Assembly (NCBI GenBank): GCA_017520845.1
Contig: JAFXEU010000052.1
Location: 93,968-157,967 of the forward strand
Source of the DNA: Kiritimatiellia bacterium
Lineage (GTDB): Bacteria; Verrucomicrobiota; Kiritimatiellia; RFP12; UBA1067
Direction: 5' to 3'
Length of the DNA stretch: 64,000 nucleotides
The notes beneath the pieces were generated by a model. It saw nothing but the letters and a program-made list of their open reading frames with translations. It had not been told where the DNA came from and did no database searches. Made by a program: the position numbers and the translations under genes. This document shows, one piece after another, positions 49,592 through 59,095 of the stretch. How positions within the stretch are numbered: the stretch's first letter is position 1; every line of letters starts with the position of its first letter.

Positions 49592-50899
49592 ATGATTCGA
49601 TATGCAACAAAGGTAAGTCAACCGATTGGCGATTTCTATCTCGTTTCTTTGCCCGCGCGTGTGCTACGTGAGATGTGCTTTAGCCAGCCCTATGAAAGAT
49701 ATCGGCAGGATTCGTCAGGTAGTGTAGAAAATAGTTCTTGGTTTCAACGTGTCTTTAATAAAAGACGAACAAATCCTATTGCGGAATTTTTAAAGACTCA
49801 AGACGCCACATTGCCAGGAACCATTGTCTTGGCGGCAAATTATTCGGAGAATGGGGCGTTTATAACCGATGATGATACTGTTTTTCAGTCTGAAAAGTGT
49901 TGGAAAGCGAGAAGATGTTCTATCGGGTTTGACGGGCATCAAGATAGTTTGTATGAATTGAACATTCCAAATAATCCTAAGTCGGCGATGGTGGTTGATG
50001 GGCAACATCGAATTGGAGGATTCAAAGATCAGAGTGATGAAGTCCTTTCGATGGAAGTTCCATGTGCGATCTTCTTAGACTTGCCGATTCCTTTACAAGC
50101 CTATGTTTTTGCAACGATCAATTTTAACCAAAAGCCTGTTAATAAAAGTTTGAACTATGAGTTGTTTGCTTTTGATATTGATAATGAAAAACCAACGACT
50201 TGGTCTCCGGACAAGTTGGCGGTGTTTCTTTCCAGAAAATTGAATGTTGACAAAAATTCTCCTTTCTTCGGTCATATTAAAATTGGTGCCGTTGATCGCA
50301 CTGAAGATGCTAAAGATCGTATTGTCGAGTGGAAGATATCAACTGCGACGATAGTTGCAGGCATATTATTGTTGATTACAAAGAATTCGCAAGACGATCG
50401 TAATAAATTGAACCAAATCCCAATAGGTAAAAGGGATCGTTCGGTGTTGATTGGATTTAATTGTGATGAAGAGAAGTTGCCATTGCGTACATTGTATATT
50501 TCTAATGATGATAATTTGATATATGTAATAATACTTAACTTCTTTACTGCAGTTAAAGGGTTACTCAATAGTGAAGATAATAACTTTGAGGTGTTCCAAA
50601 AAACGGCAGGTGTTACTGCGTTATTTAAGGTATTACAGATATTGCTGGTTGATGTATTCAAGAATGATGCTATTGACTTGAGTAGTATTATGTGGGTTGA
50701 ACGCTTTTCCTCACAGCAGAGGATCGTTGATTTCAATGATTCCTTATTGTTGGGCTCCTCTGGTTCCCATGCTGGAAGGATTCGTGATATGTTATTGTTA
50801 ATGGCAGGACATGAGAAACTGGCTGATTTCAAGGATAAAGATTGTTACCATGAATACGAACGTCTTTGGACAAACGCAAAGGTGATTCCCAATGCTTAA
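49592..50899 (+). CDS. DGQHR-domain (DndB/ParB-like) protein
   Basis: FQR, PGTIVLA, VVDGQHR, FATINFNQKPVNKSL, WSPDKLAV. Confidence 0.88.
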   Translation: MIRYATKVSQPIGDFYLVSLPARVLREMCFSQPYERYRQDSSGSVENSSWFQRVFNKRRTNPIAEFLKTQDATLPGTIVLAANYSENGAFITDDDTVFQSEKCWKARRCSIGFDGHQDSLYELNIPNNPKSAMVVDGQHRIGGFKDQSDEVLSMEVPCAIFLDLPIPLQAYVFATINFNQKPVNKSLNYELFAFDIDNEKPTTWSPDKLAVFLSRKLNVDKNSPFFGHIKIGAVDRTEDAKDRIVEWKISTATIVAGILLLITKNSQDDRNKLNQIPIGKRDRSVLIGFNCDEEKLPLRTLYISNDDNLIYVIILNFFTAVKGLLNSEDNNFEVFQKTAGVTALFKVLQILLVDVFKNDAIDLSSIMWVERFSSQQRIVDFNDSLLLGSSGSHAGRIRDMLLLMAGHEKLADFKDKDCYHEYERLWTNAKVIPNA

Positions 50900-52460
50900 A
50901 GATCACGAACCGATATTTGGTAAGAACGTCATTGAGACGTTGTCTGAGGGGATGTATGACAATCCCTTGTTTCTTTATCGTGAGTACGTTCAGAACTCGG
51001 CAGATGCAATCGATGCGGCTGTTGAGGCCGGAGTGCTTGAAAAAGATGATGGACAGATTCAGATAACGATAGACTCCAACAAACGGCAAGTTGTATTCTT
51101 TGATAATGGAATCGGAATTGCGAAATGTAACGTCCCAGCGATGTTGGCGAATATTGGTAACTCGAATAAGGACCGCTTGAAGAACAAGGGGTTTCGTGGC
51201 ATTGGTCGTCTTGGCGGTCTTGGCTATTGCCGTATTGTTCGATTTGAAACTTCTGTCAAAGGCGAGTCGGAAAAAAGTGTCTTGGAGTGGGATGCCGATT
51301 CGCTCCATGCAATCCTTGTTGATCAGCGCGAACAGATCGATGCGGGAGAACTCATCAAGCGCATAACAACCGTGCATACGGAGAAAGCTAATATCGATGA
51401 ACACTTTTTCCGGGTGTCGTTGATAGACATTCTAGAGACAAGTGATGATCTGCTGGATGTAGAGGATGTCCGTAAGTATCTGTCGATGGTTGCCCCAGTC
51501 CCCTTTGACTACCAGCGTTTTAGGTTCGTTTCAGAGATAGAGGCCTTCATCAAAGAAAACAGACTGCCAAAACCTCATGAATATCAAGTGTATCTCAATG
51601 GTGATGAGATACGCAAGGGGTATGCGACACCATTGGTAATTGACGGTGGTACGAAGACTGTTGATGTGCTGGATGTGGTGTGTCGTCTTCTTAAGCATAA
51701 TGGCAAAATGGTCGGGTGGTATTGGTTCTGTGTGAGTCGTTTTGAAGGTGTCCTCCCGAAAGCGTGTTGGCAGCGTTGTATTCGTTTGCGGAAGTCGAAT
51801 ATCCAGATCGGCGAAGCAGATTGTCTGTCCAATCACCCAAAGCGTGGACAGGCTCTTTGGAAGGAAGATCGCGGCAACAACTATTTCATGGGGGAAATCC
51901 ATGCCCTGGACGAACGGTTGATTCCAAATTCACGGCGCGATTATTTTAATCAAGATGTTGCATGCCGCGAGTTTGAGGCGGCACTCGCCGATGAGTTTCT
52001 GCAACTTCACAGTTTGTATCATAAGGCCAGTGAGATTCGGTCGTCAGCGCAAATCATTCAGCGCGCCAACGACGAACTTAAGGCGTTTCAAAAGAAGGAT
52101 AGAGCAAGAGAATTTTTTGATTCTAAAGAACGAGAAAGAGAGCTTCGTCGGGTGGAAGAGCAGGTAAAAAAAGCTGAAAGGGCCTCTGCAGGTCTCGATC
52201 GGATGAGAAAGAGTTTGGCCGATCATGACGAGACGCCGTCGGCAGTAGTATTCGACGCTTATGACCGCGAGACGCCAAAGCTTAGCGCGTCCGCCCCAGC
52301 AAAAGAAACCTTGCCTAAGTCTGATTTTGTTAAAGACACGTTGCCAAATTCCACGCGGAGGGTACTTGATCAGGTTTTTGCAGTGGTGGATGCGGTTTTG
52401 CCACCTGAAGATGCGAAACTGCTGAGAGCCGCAATTATGAAGAGATTTGGCCGAAAATGA
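50892..52460 (+). CDS. GHKL (HATPase_c, MORC/Hsp90-like) ATPase
   Basis: YREYVQNSADA (N box), DNGIGI (G1), GFRGIGRLGG (G2), IPNSRRDYF, C-terminal coiled coil. Confidence 0.88.
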   Translation: MLKDHEPIFGKNVIETLSEGMYDNPLFLYREYVQNSADAIDAAVEAGVLEKDDGQIQITIDSNKRQVVFFDNGIGIAKCNVPAMLANIGNSNKDRLKNKGFRGIGRLGGLGYCRIVRFETSVKGESEKSVLEWDADSLHAILVDQREQIDAGELIKRITTVHTEKANIDEHFFRVSLIDILETSDDLLDVEDVRKYLSMVAPVPFDYQRFRFVSEIEAFIKENRLPKPHEYQVYLNGDEIRKGYATPLVIDGGTKTVDVLDVVCRLLKHNGKMVGWYWFCVSRFEGVLPKACWQRCIRLRKSNIQIGEADCLSNHPKRGQALWKEDRGNNYFMGEIHALDERLIPNSRRDYFNQDVACREFEAALADEFLQLHSLYHKASEIRSSAQIIQRANDELKAFQKKDRAREFFDSKERERELRRVEEQVKKAERASAGLDRMRKSLADHDETPSAVVFDAYDRETPKLSASAPAKETLPKSDFVKDTLPNSTRRVLDQVFAVVDAVLPPEDAKLLRAAIMKRFGRK

Positions 52461-54472
52461 GCAATCGTAAAGTTCTGCTTATAGAGCCCAATTATAAGAA
52501 TAAGTATCCTCCAATGGGGCTAATGAAGCTGGCGATGTATTATCGCCTGCAAGGTGATGATGTTACGTTCTGGAAGGGGGACTTCACTTCTTTTGTTGTC
52601 GAAGAACTTTTAAAAGATTTGTTTCGAAGGCTCGAAGAGGCGGTAAAGTTCTTTGATCAAGATGAAGATGCGGTATTTGACCTTACTCGTATTCGTGCTG
52701 AGACTCCAGCGATTCGGGATTACATTCGCACAGGTAAGATTGTTTCAGATTCTACTTTAGAGTTGCTTGTTGAGACGACGCCGACATTAAGAAGATGGCT
52801 AGAAGATTATCGAGGTCGTTTTAAAACGAAGTGGTATTTCAAAGAACCTCGCTGGGATTTGGTCGGGGTTACAACACTTTTTACCTTTTATTGGGATATC
52901 ACAATAGAAACGATAGAATTTGCTAAACGAATCTGTAAGGATTGGAAGCACAATGTACATGTTGGTGGTGTCCTTGCGTCGGTGGTTCCTGAACGAGTCC
53001 AAAAGGCAACGGGTATAAAACCGCATTGTGGAATATTGAATATCACGCACTTTCGAGGTGACGCTGTTTTGCCCGCTCCGTTTGCAAAGACAGCGATTGA
53101 TGCTTTGCCGTTAGATTATTCTATTCTTGACGAAATAGATTATCAATACCCTGAGACGGATGCATTTTATGGGTATGCAACGCGCGGATGTGTTAATCAT
53201 TGCCCGTTTTGTGTTGTCCCGATCTTGGAGCCTGAATATCGTGATTTTATTCCGTTGAAAGAGCGCATTGAGTACGCAACGAAGGCGTTTGGCGAGCAAC
53301 GTAATCTTTTGCTTCTGGACAATAACGTCTTTGCTTCGGCACAATTTAATAAGATCATAGACGATATTAAGGCCTGTGGCTTTGGGCGGAATGATAAGTA
53401 TGTGCGCCCCAATCAGCTCAAGATAGCCGTCCGTCAGTTGAAAAAGGGGTGGAATGATCGCGCGTATTTACGGCGTATAGTCCGACTGTTGGGCGAGTAC
53501 AAGGATTGGTCGGAACAGCACGAAAGCGAGGAGAGGTTCAATCGCTTGTTTTCACTTTTGTCCAACAATGGGCTTCTACATGATTACACGGCGACAAGGG
53601 CTGGTGTATTGGCTGTATATAAAGAAATCAAAAATGATTATGATGCGTGGCATAAGAAACGGTCGCGCCCGATCACTCGAATTGTAGATTTCAACCAAGG
53701 GCTTGACGCAAGGTTGGCAACACCAGCAAGGATGCGAAAGTTGTCTGAGATATCTATTCGCCCGTTGCGCATTGCCTTTGATAATTGGGCTTTTCGATTG
53801 CATTATGTCCGGGCTATTAAATTGGGCGCCGAGAATGGAATTGTGAATTCCTCAAATTACCTGTTGTATAATTTCAAGGATAAGCCTGATGATTTATATA
53901 ACAGACTGCGTATTAATATAGATTTGTGTGATGCTCTTGGAATAAATATTTATTCATTTCCAATGAAGTATCACCCAATTACAGATCCTGATTATTTCTC
54001 TAATAGGGATTATATTGGTGAGCACTGGAATCGCAAGTACATACGTGCGATTCAGTCTGTTTTGAATTCGACTCACGGGAAAATTGGGAGAGGACGAACT
54101 TTCTTTTTTAAAGCCTTTGGTAGGAATCTTAAAGAATTTCATGAATTGCTAGATATGCCAGAGGCATTTATTATTAGGCGTTGGGATGCGGAAATTAGTG
54201 GTCTTAAGGCAAGATGGCTTAGAGCTCGTAAGGCGATGTCAGTAAAGGAACGTGAGATTGCTAAGGATATTGTCAATGCGAATATCTTTAATGCGGACGA
54301 TATAAAGAAGTTGCCTGTTCGTGTGGCAGATTTCTTGTCATACTACATGATTCGTAGGGAGGATATTCCTGATGTGTCGGCGCAAGATAAGAAGACTTAC
54401 ATCGCCGAATTTGAAGCATCATGTACATCTGAGGTGTCTGATCTATGCCGTCAATTGCTGGCTCAATGTTAA
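52457..54472 (+). CDS. Radical SAM protein with cobalamin-binding-like N-terminal domain
   Basis: VLLIEP..KNKYPPMGLMKL, VGVTTLFTF, VGGVLAS, TRGCVNHCPFC (CxxxCxxC), LLDNN, DFNQGLDAR; ATGA overlap with the ATPase gene. Confidence 0.9.
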   Translation: MSNRKVLLIEPNYKNKYPPMGLMKLAMYYRLQGDDVTFWKGDFTSFVVEELLKDLFRRLEEAVKFFDQDEDAVFDLTRIRAETPAIRDYIRTGKIVSDSTLELLVETTPTLRRWLEDYRGRFKTKWYFKEPRWDLVGVTTLFTFYWDITIETIEFAKRICKDWKHNVHVGGVLASVVPERVQKATGIKPHCGILNITHFRGDAVLPAPFAKTAIDALPLDYSILDEIDYQYPETDAFYGYATRGCVNHCPFCVVPILEPEYRDFIPLKERIEYATKAFGEQRNLLLLDNNVFASAQFNKIIDDIKACGFGRNDKYVRPNQLKIAVRQLKKGWNDRAYLRRIVRLLGEYKDWSEQHESEERFNRLFSLLSNNGLLHDYTATRAGVLAVYKEIKNDYDAWHKKRSRPITRIVDFNQGLDARLATPARMRKLSEISIRPLRIAFDNWAFRLHYVRAIKLGAENGIVNSSNYLLYNFKDKPDDLYNRLRINIDLCDALGINIYSFPMKYHPITDPDYFSNRDYIGEHWNRKYIRAIQSVLNSTHGKIGRGRTFFFKAFGRNLKEFHELLDMPEAFIIRRWDAEISGLKARWLRARKAMSVKEREIAKDIVNANIFNADDIKKLPVRVADFLSYYMIRREDIPDVSAQDKKTYIAEFEASCTSEVSDLCRQLLAQC

Positions 54473-54907
54473 GGGGGCTCATGACGAGTATATCTTTAAC
54501 GTTGGTGCTCAATGTAGCCGGGCCGCGCGAATCGAAGGTTCAAGGACTTCAGGCAAGGACGAAGGTGGTTTTAAAAGAATTGCAGTTGGCGGCGTGACCA
54601 AGGTGGACATTCATGTTGAATGAGGATGAGGCATGGCATAATACTGGCAGAGGGGGTGAAGAACTTGAAAAGATTGTCGCAAGGCACAAGATGCAGTTCC
54701 TGGAGTTGAAGGAGTCGTTCAATGTCAAGCGCATCGGCGAGTTGTTTTTGACAACTGGGGGCTTGGAAGTGCGGGTATAAATGGCGGAAGTGAAGATGAG
54801 AATCTGCCCGTCGGCTGAAGTTGGCGGGGTGAAGTGGCCAGTGTGCGGTCGGGCTATCGCATAAAATATCGTAGAAATGGGAACTCTCATTCCCCGCTAT
54901 TCAACTA

Positions 54908-54936
54908 TTGAGCGGACAGGTCATATTTGATACAAT
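54908..54936 (+). promoter_or_regulatory. Putative sigma70 promoter
   Basis: TTGAGC-N17-TACAAT with TG extension, ~35 bp before the activator gene. Confidence 0.55.
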
Positions 54937-54967
54937 TGCTTTATAGTGAGTAGGGTAAAAAGGAGTT

Positions 54968-56461
54968 TTGTTTATGATCAAAACATTGATTTTAACAGGC
55001 TGGGGTTGGAAGGAGTATCCTGTAGCCGCGGCACTCGCGCTTAAGGCAGTAGGTGGTGAAGCTGATGTTGCGGGGATGAGCCGCAGAAGATTGCCTGAGT
55101 TTTTGGAGTTGTATTCTCAAAAGCATAAGCAGATTATTTTAATAGGCGTTTCGTTAAGCGGAGACGAGGCGCGGCTTGCGTCGGCGCTTAAGGCGCTTAA
55201 AAAGCGCAATGTCGAGGTTGTGTGGATCAGCGCGATAGATTTTACTCCGTCACAAAAAGAGTTGATTGCGCCATATCTAACAGCTAAGGTAAGTCTTGAT
55301 AATGGCTTGGTTGATACCGTAGGAGAGGCTTTTAATGTTGATGTAGATTCTTTTGAGCCGTATGCTGTAGAGACGAAGAAGGTTTCTTCATCAGTTAAGG
55401 CTTGGCAGGAGCTTGTCGATGCCGCGATGTATTTTTATCGCAACTATCAAGACGAAGAATCTTATGCGAAGGCAATTCGTTATCTTGCAACAGGAGTTGC
55501 AGAAAATGCTTGGGACAATGATGCCAAGCGGATTGTTGCGCATTATCGCCGGTATGGAGGCCGGGAGCTTGTAGGCAAGAGCGCAAAAATGCGCACGCTC
55601 GTCGGGCGCATTAATCGCATCGCGTCGTTCCCTGATGCGCGCGTTTTGATACTTGGCGAATCTGGCACGGGTAAAGAGACGGTCGCTTTGCAGATTCACA
55701 ATAAATCTGAACGCAAGGGCGAACCTTTTTACGCGTTCAATTGCGCGAGCGTCAATCCTGGGCTGTTGGAAAGCCGGTTCTTCGGGCATGAGAAGGGCGC
55801 GTTTACGGGGGCGGACAAGCGCGAGACGGGGCTATTCGAACTTGCGAACGGCGGAACGCTTTTCTTGGATGAGATCGGCGAGTTGCCGCTTGAGGCGCAG
55901 GGGTTATTGTTGCGCGTTCTCGAGGGCGGGCGGTTTATGCGCATGGCGGGTCACGAAGAGATATCGGTAGATGTGAGGCTTATTACCGCGACGAATCGCA
56001 ATCTGCCGAAGCGTGTCCGCGAAGGAAAGTTTCGTGAAGACCTTTATCAGCGGCTTAACGTGGTTCAGCTGAGAATCCCTTCGCTTCGTGAGCACAAAGA
56101 GGATATCCGTGATATTGCCGACGGTTGGTGGCTCCAGCATAACAAGGCGCATCTTGAGGAGGAGCAGATTGCCGCTTTGATGGAGTATGATTATCCGGGG
56201 AATGTCCGCGAGCTTTTGAATCTTTTAGAGCGGGCGACGGTTTTGGGAGAAGAGGATTTCACGGCGCTTGTAAATGAGCATAAGGAAATGAATGCGGGGC
56301 TTACCGATAACGCGGCGAGCGAACTTGCCTCGACACCAGATGAAATGGACGCAGTAATCCGCCTCCATGTCCGCCGCATTTTTGATAAATATGGCCAAAA
56401 CCTCTCAAAAACCGCCGAAGCGCTCAAAGTCGCGCGAAATACGGTGAGGAGATATTTGTAA
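54968..56461 (+). CDS. Sigma54-dependent enhancer-binding protein with unrecognised N-terminal domain
   Basis: GESGTGKE, FGHEKGAFTGA, LFLDEIGE, FREDLYQRLNV, YPGNVREL, Fis-type HTH. Confidence 0.92.
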   Translation: MFMIKTLILTGWGWKEYPVAAALALKAVGGEADVAGMSRRRLPEFLELYSQKHKQIILIGVSLSGDEARLASALKALKKRNVEVVWISAIDFTPSQKELIAPYLTAKVSLDNGLVDTVGEAFNVDVDSFEPYAVETKKVSSSVKAWQELVDAAMYFYRNYQDEESYAKAIRYLATGVAENAWDNDAKRIVAHYRRYGGRELVGKSAKMRTLVGRINRIASFPDARVLILGESGTGKETVALQIHNKSERKGEPFYAFNCASVNPGLLESRFFGHEKGAFTGADKRETGLFELANGGTLFLDEIGELPLEAQGLLLRVLEGGRFMRMAGHEEISVDVRLITATNRNLPKRVREGKFREDLYQRLNVVQLRIPSLREHKEDIRDIADGWWLQHNKAHLEEEQIAALMEYDYPGNVRELLNLLERATVLGEEDFTALVNEHKEMNAGLTDNAASELASTPDEMDAVIRLHVRRIFDKYGQNLSKTAEALKVARNTVRRYL

Positions 56462-56472
56462 GGAGGAAGATT

Positions 56473-57028
56473 ATGAAAAATAATGAGATAGTTTTGTTTG
56501 AAGCGAAGGATGGTGTAATAACCCTGCCTGTAAGAATAGATACAGATACCGTGTGGCTTACTCAGGAGCAGATGTGTCAACTGTTTGGGCGTTCTCAACC
56601 GGTTATTGCAAGGCACATAAGTAACGCTTTCAATGATGGTGAAGTGGATAGGGAAGTGGCTTATGCAAAATTTGCATATACCACTCGCCATGGCGCAATG
56701 GCAGGTAAAACCCAAACTAAAGAAGTAGGTCTTTATAACCTCGATGTCATAATTTCTGTCGGTTATCGCGTAAAGTCTCAGCGTGGCGTAGAGTTTAGGC
56801 GTTGGGCGACCTCGGTTTTGAAGGAACCACGGTTTCTCCGACGGCAACAAGCGCATCGCCGCCGGTTTGTTCCTGTATTTCTTAAAACGTAATAAGTTGC
56901 TACTCAGAAAGGACGGCTCGAAACGAATCGCAGATCATACCCTCGTAGCACTCACAGTTATGATTGCCTGCTCTAAGCCTGAAGAAAAAGAGCTTATGGT
57001 TAATCTCGTAATGACGTTCTTGAAGTGA
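56473..57028 (+). pseudogene. RhuM-Fic/Doc fusion gene broken by internal deletion and frameshift
   Basis: RhuM motifs (VWLTQEQM..LF, YNLDVIISVGYRVKSQRGVEFRRWA) to ~56825. Another frame continues NHGFSDGNKRIAA...LVALTVMIACSKPEEKE..., stop at 57026-57028. Confidence 0.85.
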
Positions 57029-57106
57029 GTTTATATCTCCCGCAGAGAGTACGGAGATAATAGGAATAAATGAAATTGATTTAATAATAAGTAAGGAGAG
57101 GGAAAT

Positions 57107-57748
57107 ATGAATATTACTGAATCAGAAGATAGATTGTTTAAAGAATGGGAGGCGAAAATAGCGAAAACGAAGGGAGATTTTGTAAGGGATGGAGTTGTTT
57201 GTGAAGAAGTATTTTTGAGAGAAAAGGTAAAGCTCGTTTTTATTTTGAAAGAGGCGAATGATTTGTATTCATCTTATAAATCTTTATCCGATTTTCTTAA
57301 GGATGGAGCTGGTAAGAATGGAGGTCATACATGGAATCCTGTCTGTAGATGGATTGATGAGAACTTTAAATGTGGTCAATCTCGATCAGAAGTGCTGAAA
57401 CGTATAGTTGCACTTAATTTAAAGAAAAAAGATGAGAAAAAGACAACTACAAATATGATGGAGTTGCGGATGGTTGCGAGGCGTGATAAAGATTTTATTC
57501 GCAGACAATTAGATATCTATTCGCAATTTTCCCCTGTTATATTTGTATGTTGTGGAACAGGAATGTTTGATATTGTGGCAGAGGAGATTTACGGAATAAA
57601 TACTGCCAATATTGATCATAATAAAAAGCCTACCGCATGTAGTGTTGGCGATAAAACTTGGTTGTTAGCATTTAATCACCCTAATTCAAGAGTAACGGAT
57701 TTATGTGCTTTATTTAGAAAATATTGTTCTGCTCTTTCAGCATTATGA
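57107..57748 (+). CDS. Hypothetical protein, uracil-DNA-glycosylase-like fold suspected
   Basis: VFILKEAN ... ALNLKK ... PVIFVCCG ... FNHPNSR order resembles UDG-superfamily motifs; AAGGAG RBS; AT-rich. Confidence 0.6.
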   Translation: MNITESEDRLFKEWEAKIAKTKGDFVRDGVVCEEVFLREKVKLVFILKEANDLYSSYKSLSDFLKDGAGKNGGHTWNPVCRWIDENFKCGQSRSEVLKRIVALNLKKKDEKKTTTNMMELRMVARRDKDFIRRQLDIYSQFSPVIFVCCGTGMFDIVAEEIYGINTANIDHNKKPTACSVGDKTWLLAFNHPNSRVTDLCALFRKYCSALSAL

Positions 57749-57899
57749 TTCTTAATTTTTCTGATGAAAAGGAAGAGGTGTGTTGTTTTTGTACAGAGGC
57801 ATTGCGAGGAAGGTCTGGAAATCATATAGTCGTTACAGCCAATGCTTCTGGTCGTGCCGCTATCGCCGTACAATGCTAATTAACTAAGGATAACAGAAT

Positions 57900-59087
57900 A
57901 TGACAAATGAAGAAAGCCTAATTCGAAAAAATCACGAAACGACATATCGGCCGCTCGTGGATGCGTTTTTCAACGAGTGTGAGAAACGTAGCTATACAGA
58001 TGAAGAATTTTCAGCCGTTCCGTCTTTGTTTCTTCCGGCCTGTGGTAGTCTCTACTCAACCTCCCTTGTGAAACTTGCTGTTATCGGACAGGAAACGCTC
58101 CGTTGGGGCGACGGTCTTGATGACGACATAACTGCGTGGCGCAAAGGTAAGTTCAATGTCCAGTATTCTTTTGATATTTTCCAGAATGAAGGGCCTTCTG
58201 AGTGGCAGAATCGGTTCTGGGCCTACCATTTCTCCGTTCTGGAGAAGGTCTATGAGAGGAAAGGTCTGCTTGATGACCACAACGCCGTTCTGGATGGAAT
58301 TGCATGGTCAAACCGTTTTGCCATAGAGTACAATGGCACTAAAATCGGAGATGGCGAATGTCGGATTAAGGAGGAACGCTTCTGGTTGCTTCGCGGAATT
58401 GCCGATGAGGTTGGTCTTTCATCACTTGACCTTTTTGCTCGAGTGTTCAGGCCTGACGTCATTCTGTATTCGTGCCGCAATGATGCCATGGGATCGGACG
58501 CTGTTTTAAAACCTTTTGCACAACTTGTTGAAAAAATCGAACATGATGGATTCAAGATTTGGACATGGAAACTTGGCCGAACATGGATCCTTCAGACATG
58601 GCACCCATCATATCTTGCGCAATACAAAGGCGTTTCGACAGATTCATTCGCCGACGCCATTCGCGAAGAAATGATTAAGCGTAAGGTGTTTGCTCCCATC
58701 GGCACCGCATTGCACTATGACTCCAACCCAAACGCTCAGATTTCTATCTTTGCCCGACAACTAGATGAGGAGTCTTCGCGTATTGTGGCTTCTGAACCAG
58801 AAATCGGCGACAAGGAACTCTCATATCGTCTACTTGGAGCACTCGCACTTGAACTCCGCAAGCAGAGGGCGACCATGACCGCACGGCTAGGGGTTCAACT
58901 TTTAAATGAAGTTAGGCGTTTCCAAGAACACAATTATTTATTCGCCCCTGGTGGACACGGTCCTTGCGCGGCAGCCGCAGCAGCTTACCGCTACTTTGAC
59001 GCTAGAGATTCGGAAGGGGATAGGCTCCTCGCTGATGCTGTCGCCGGTGCGTTCACGACCGTTCATGGAACATACGCCTACGAATAA
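57900..59087 (+). CDS. Hypothetical protein with UDG-like N-terminal domain
   Basis: LAVIGQET..W, AWSN, FRPDVIL, TWHPSYL. Confidence 0.6.
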   Translation: MTNEESLIRKNHETTYRPLVDAFFNECEKRSYTDEEFSAVPSLFLPACGSLYSTSLVKLAVIGQETLRWGDGLDDDITAWRKGKFNVQYSFDIFQNEGPSEWQNRFWAYHFSVLEKVYERKGLLDDHNAVLDGIAWSNRFAIEYNGTKIGDGECRIKEERFWLLRGIADEVGLSSLDLFARVFRPDVILYSCRNDAMGSDAVLKPFAQLVEKIEHDGFKIWTWKLGRTWILQTWHPSYLAQYKGVSTDSFADAIREEMIKRKVFAPIGTALHYDSNPNAQISIFARQLDEESSRIVASEPEIGDKELSYRLLGALALELRKQRATMTARLGVQLLNEVRRFQEHNYLFAPGGHGPCAAAAAAYRYFDARDSEGDRLLADAVAGAFTTVHGTYAYE

Positions 59088-59095
59088 TTATACCC

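Noticed and set aside
49592-50899. Complete Dnd phosphorothioation system
   Set aside because: No DndA/C/D/E or Ssp homologues were recognised in the window.
52457-54472. Prokaryotic viperin
   Set aside because: Much longer, has a cobalamin-binding-like N-terminus and lacks viperin-type motifs around CxxxCxxC.
54481-54890. Short ORFs after the radical SAM gene
   Set aside because: The plus-strand ORFs are short and the 113-aa minus-strand ORF is unsupported; none has a recognisable motif, so they cannot be supported as part of the operon.
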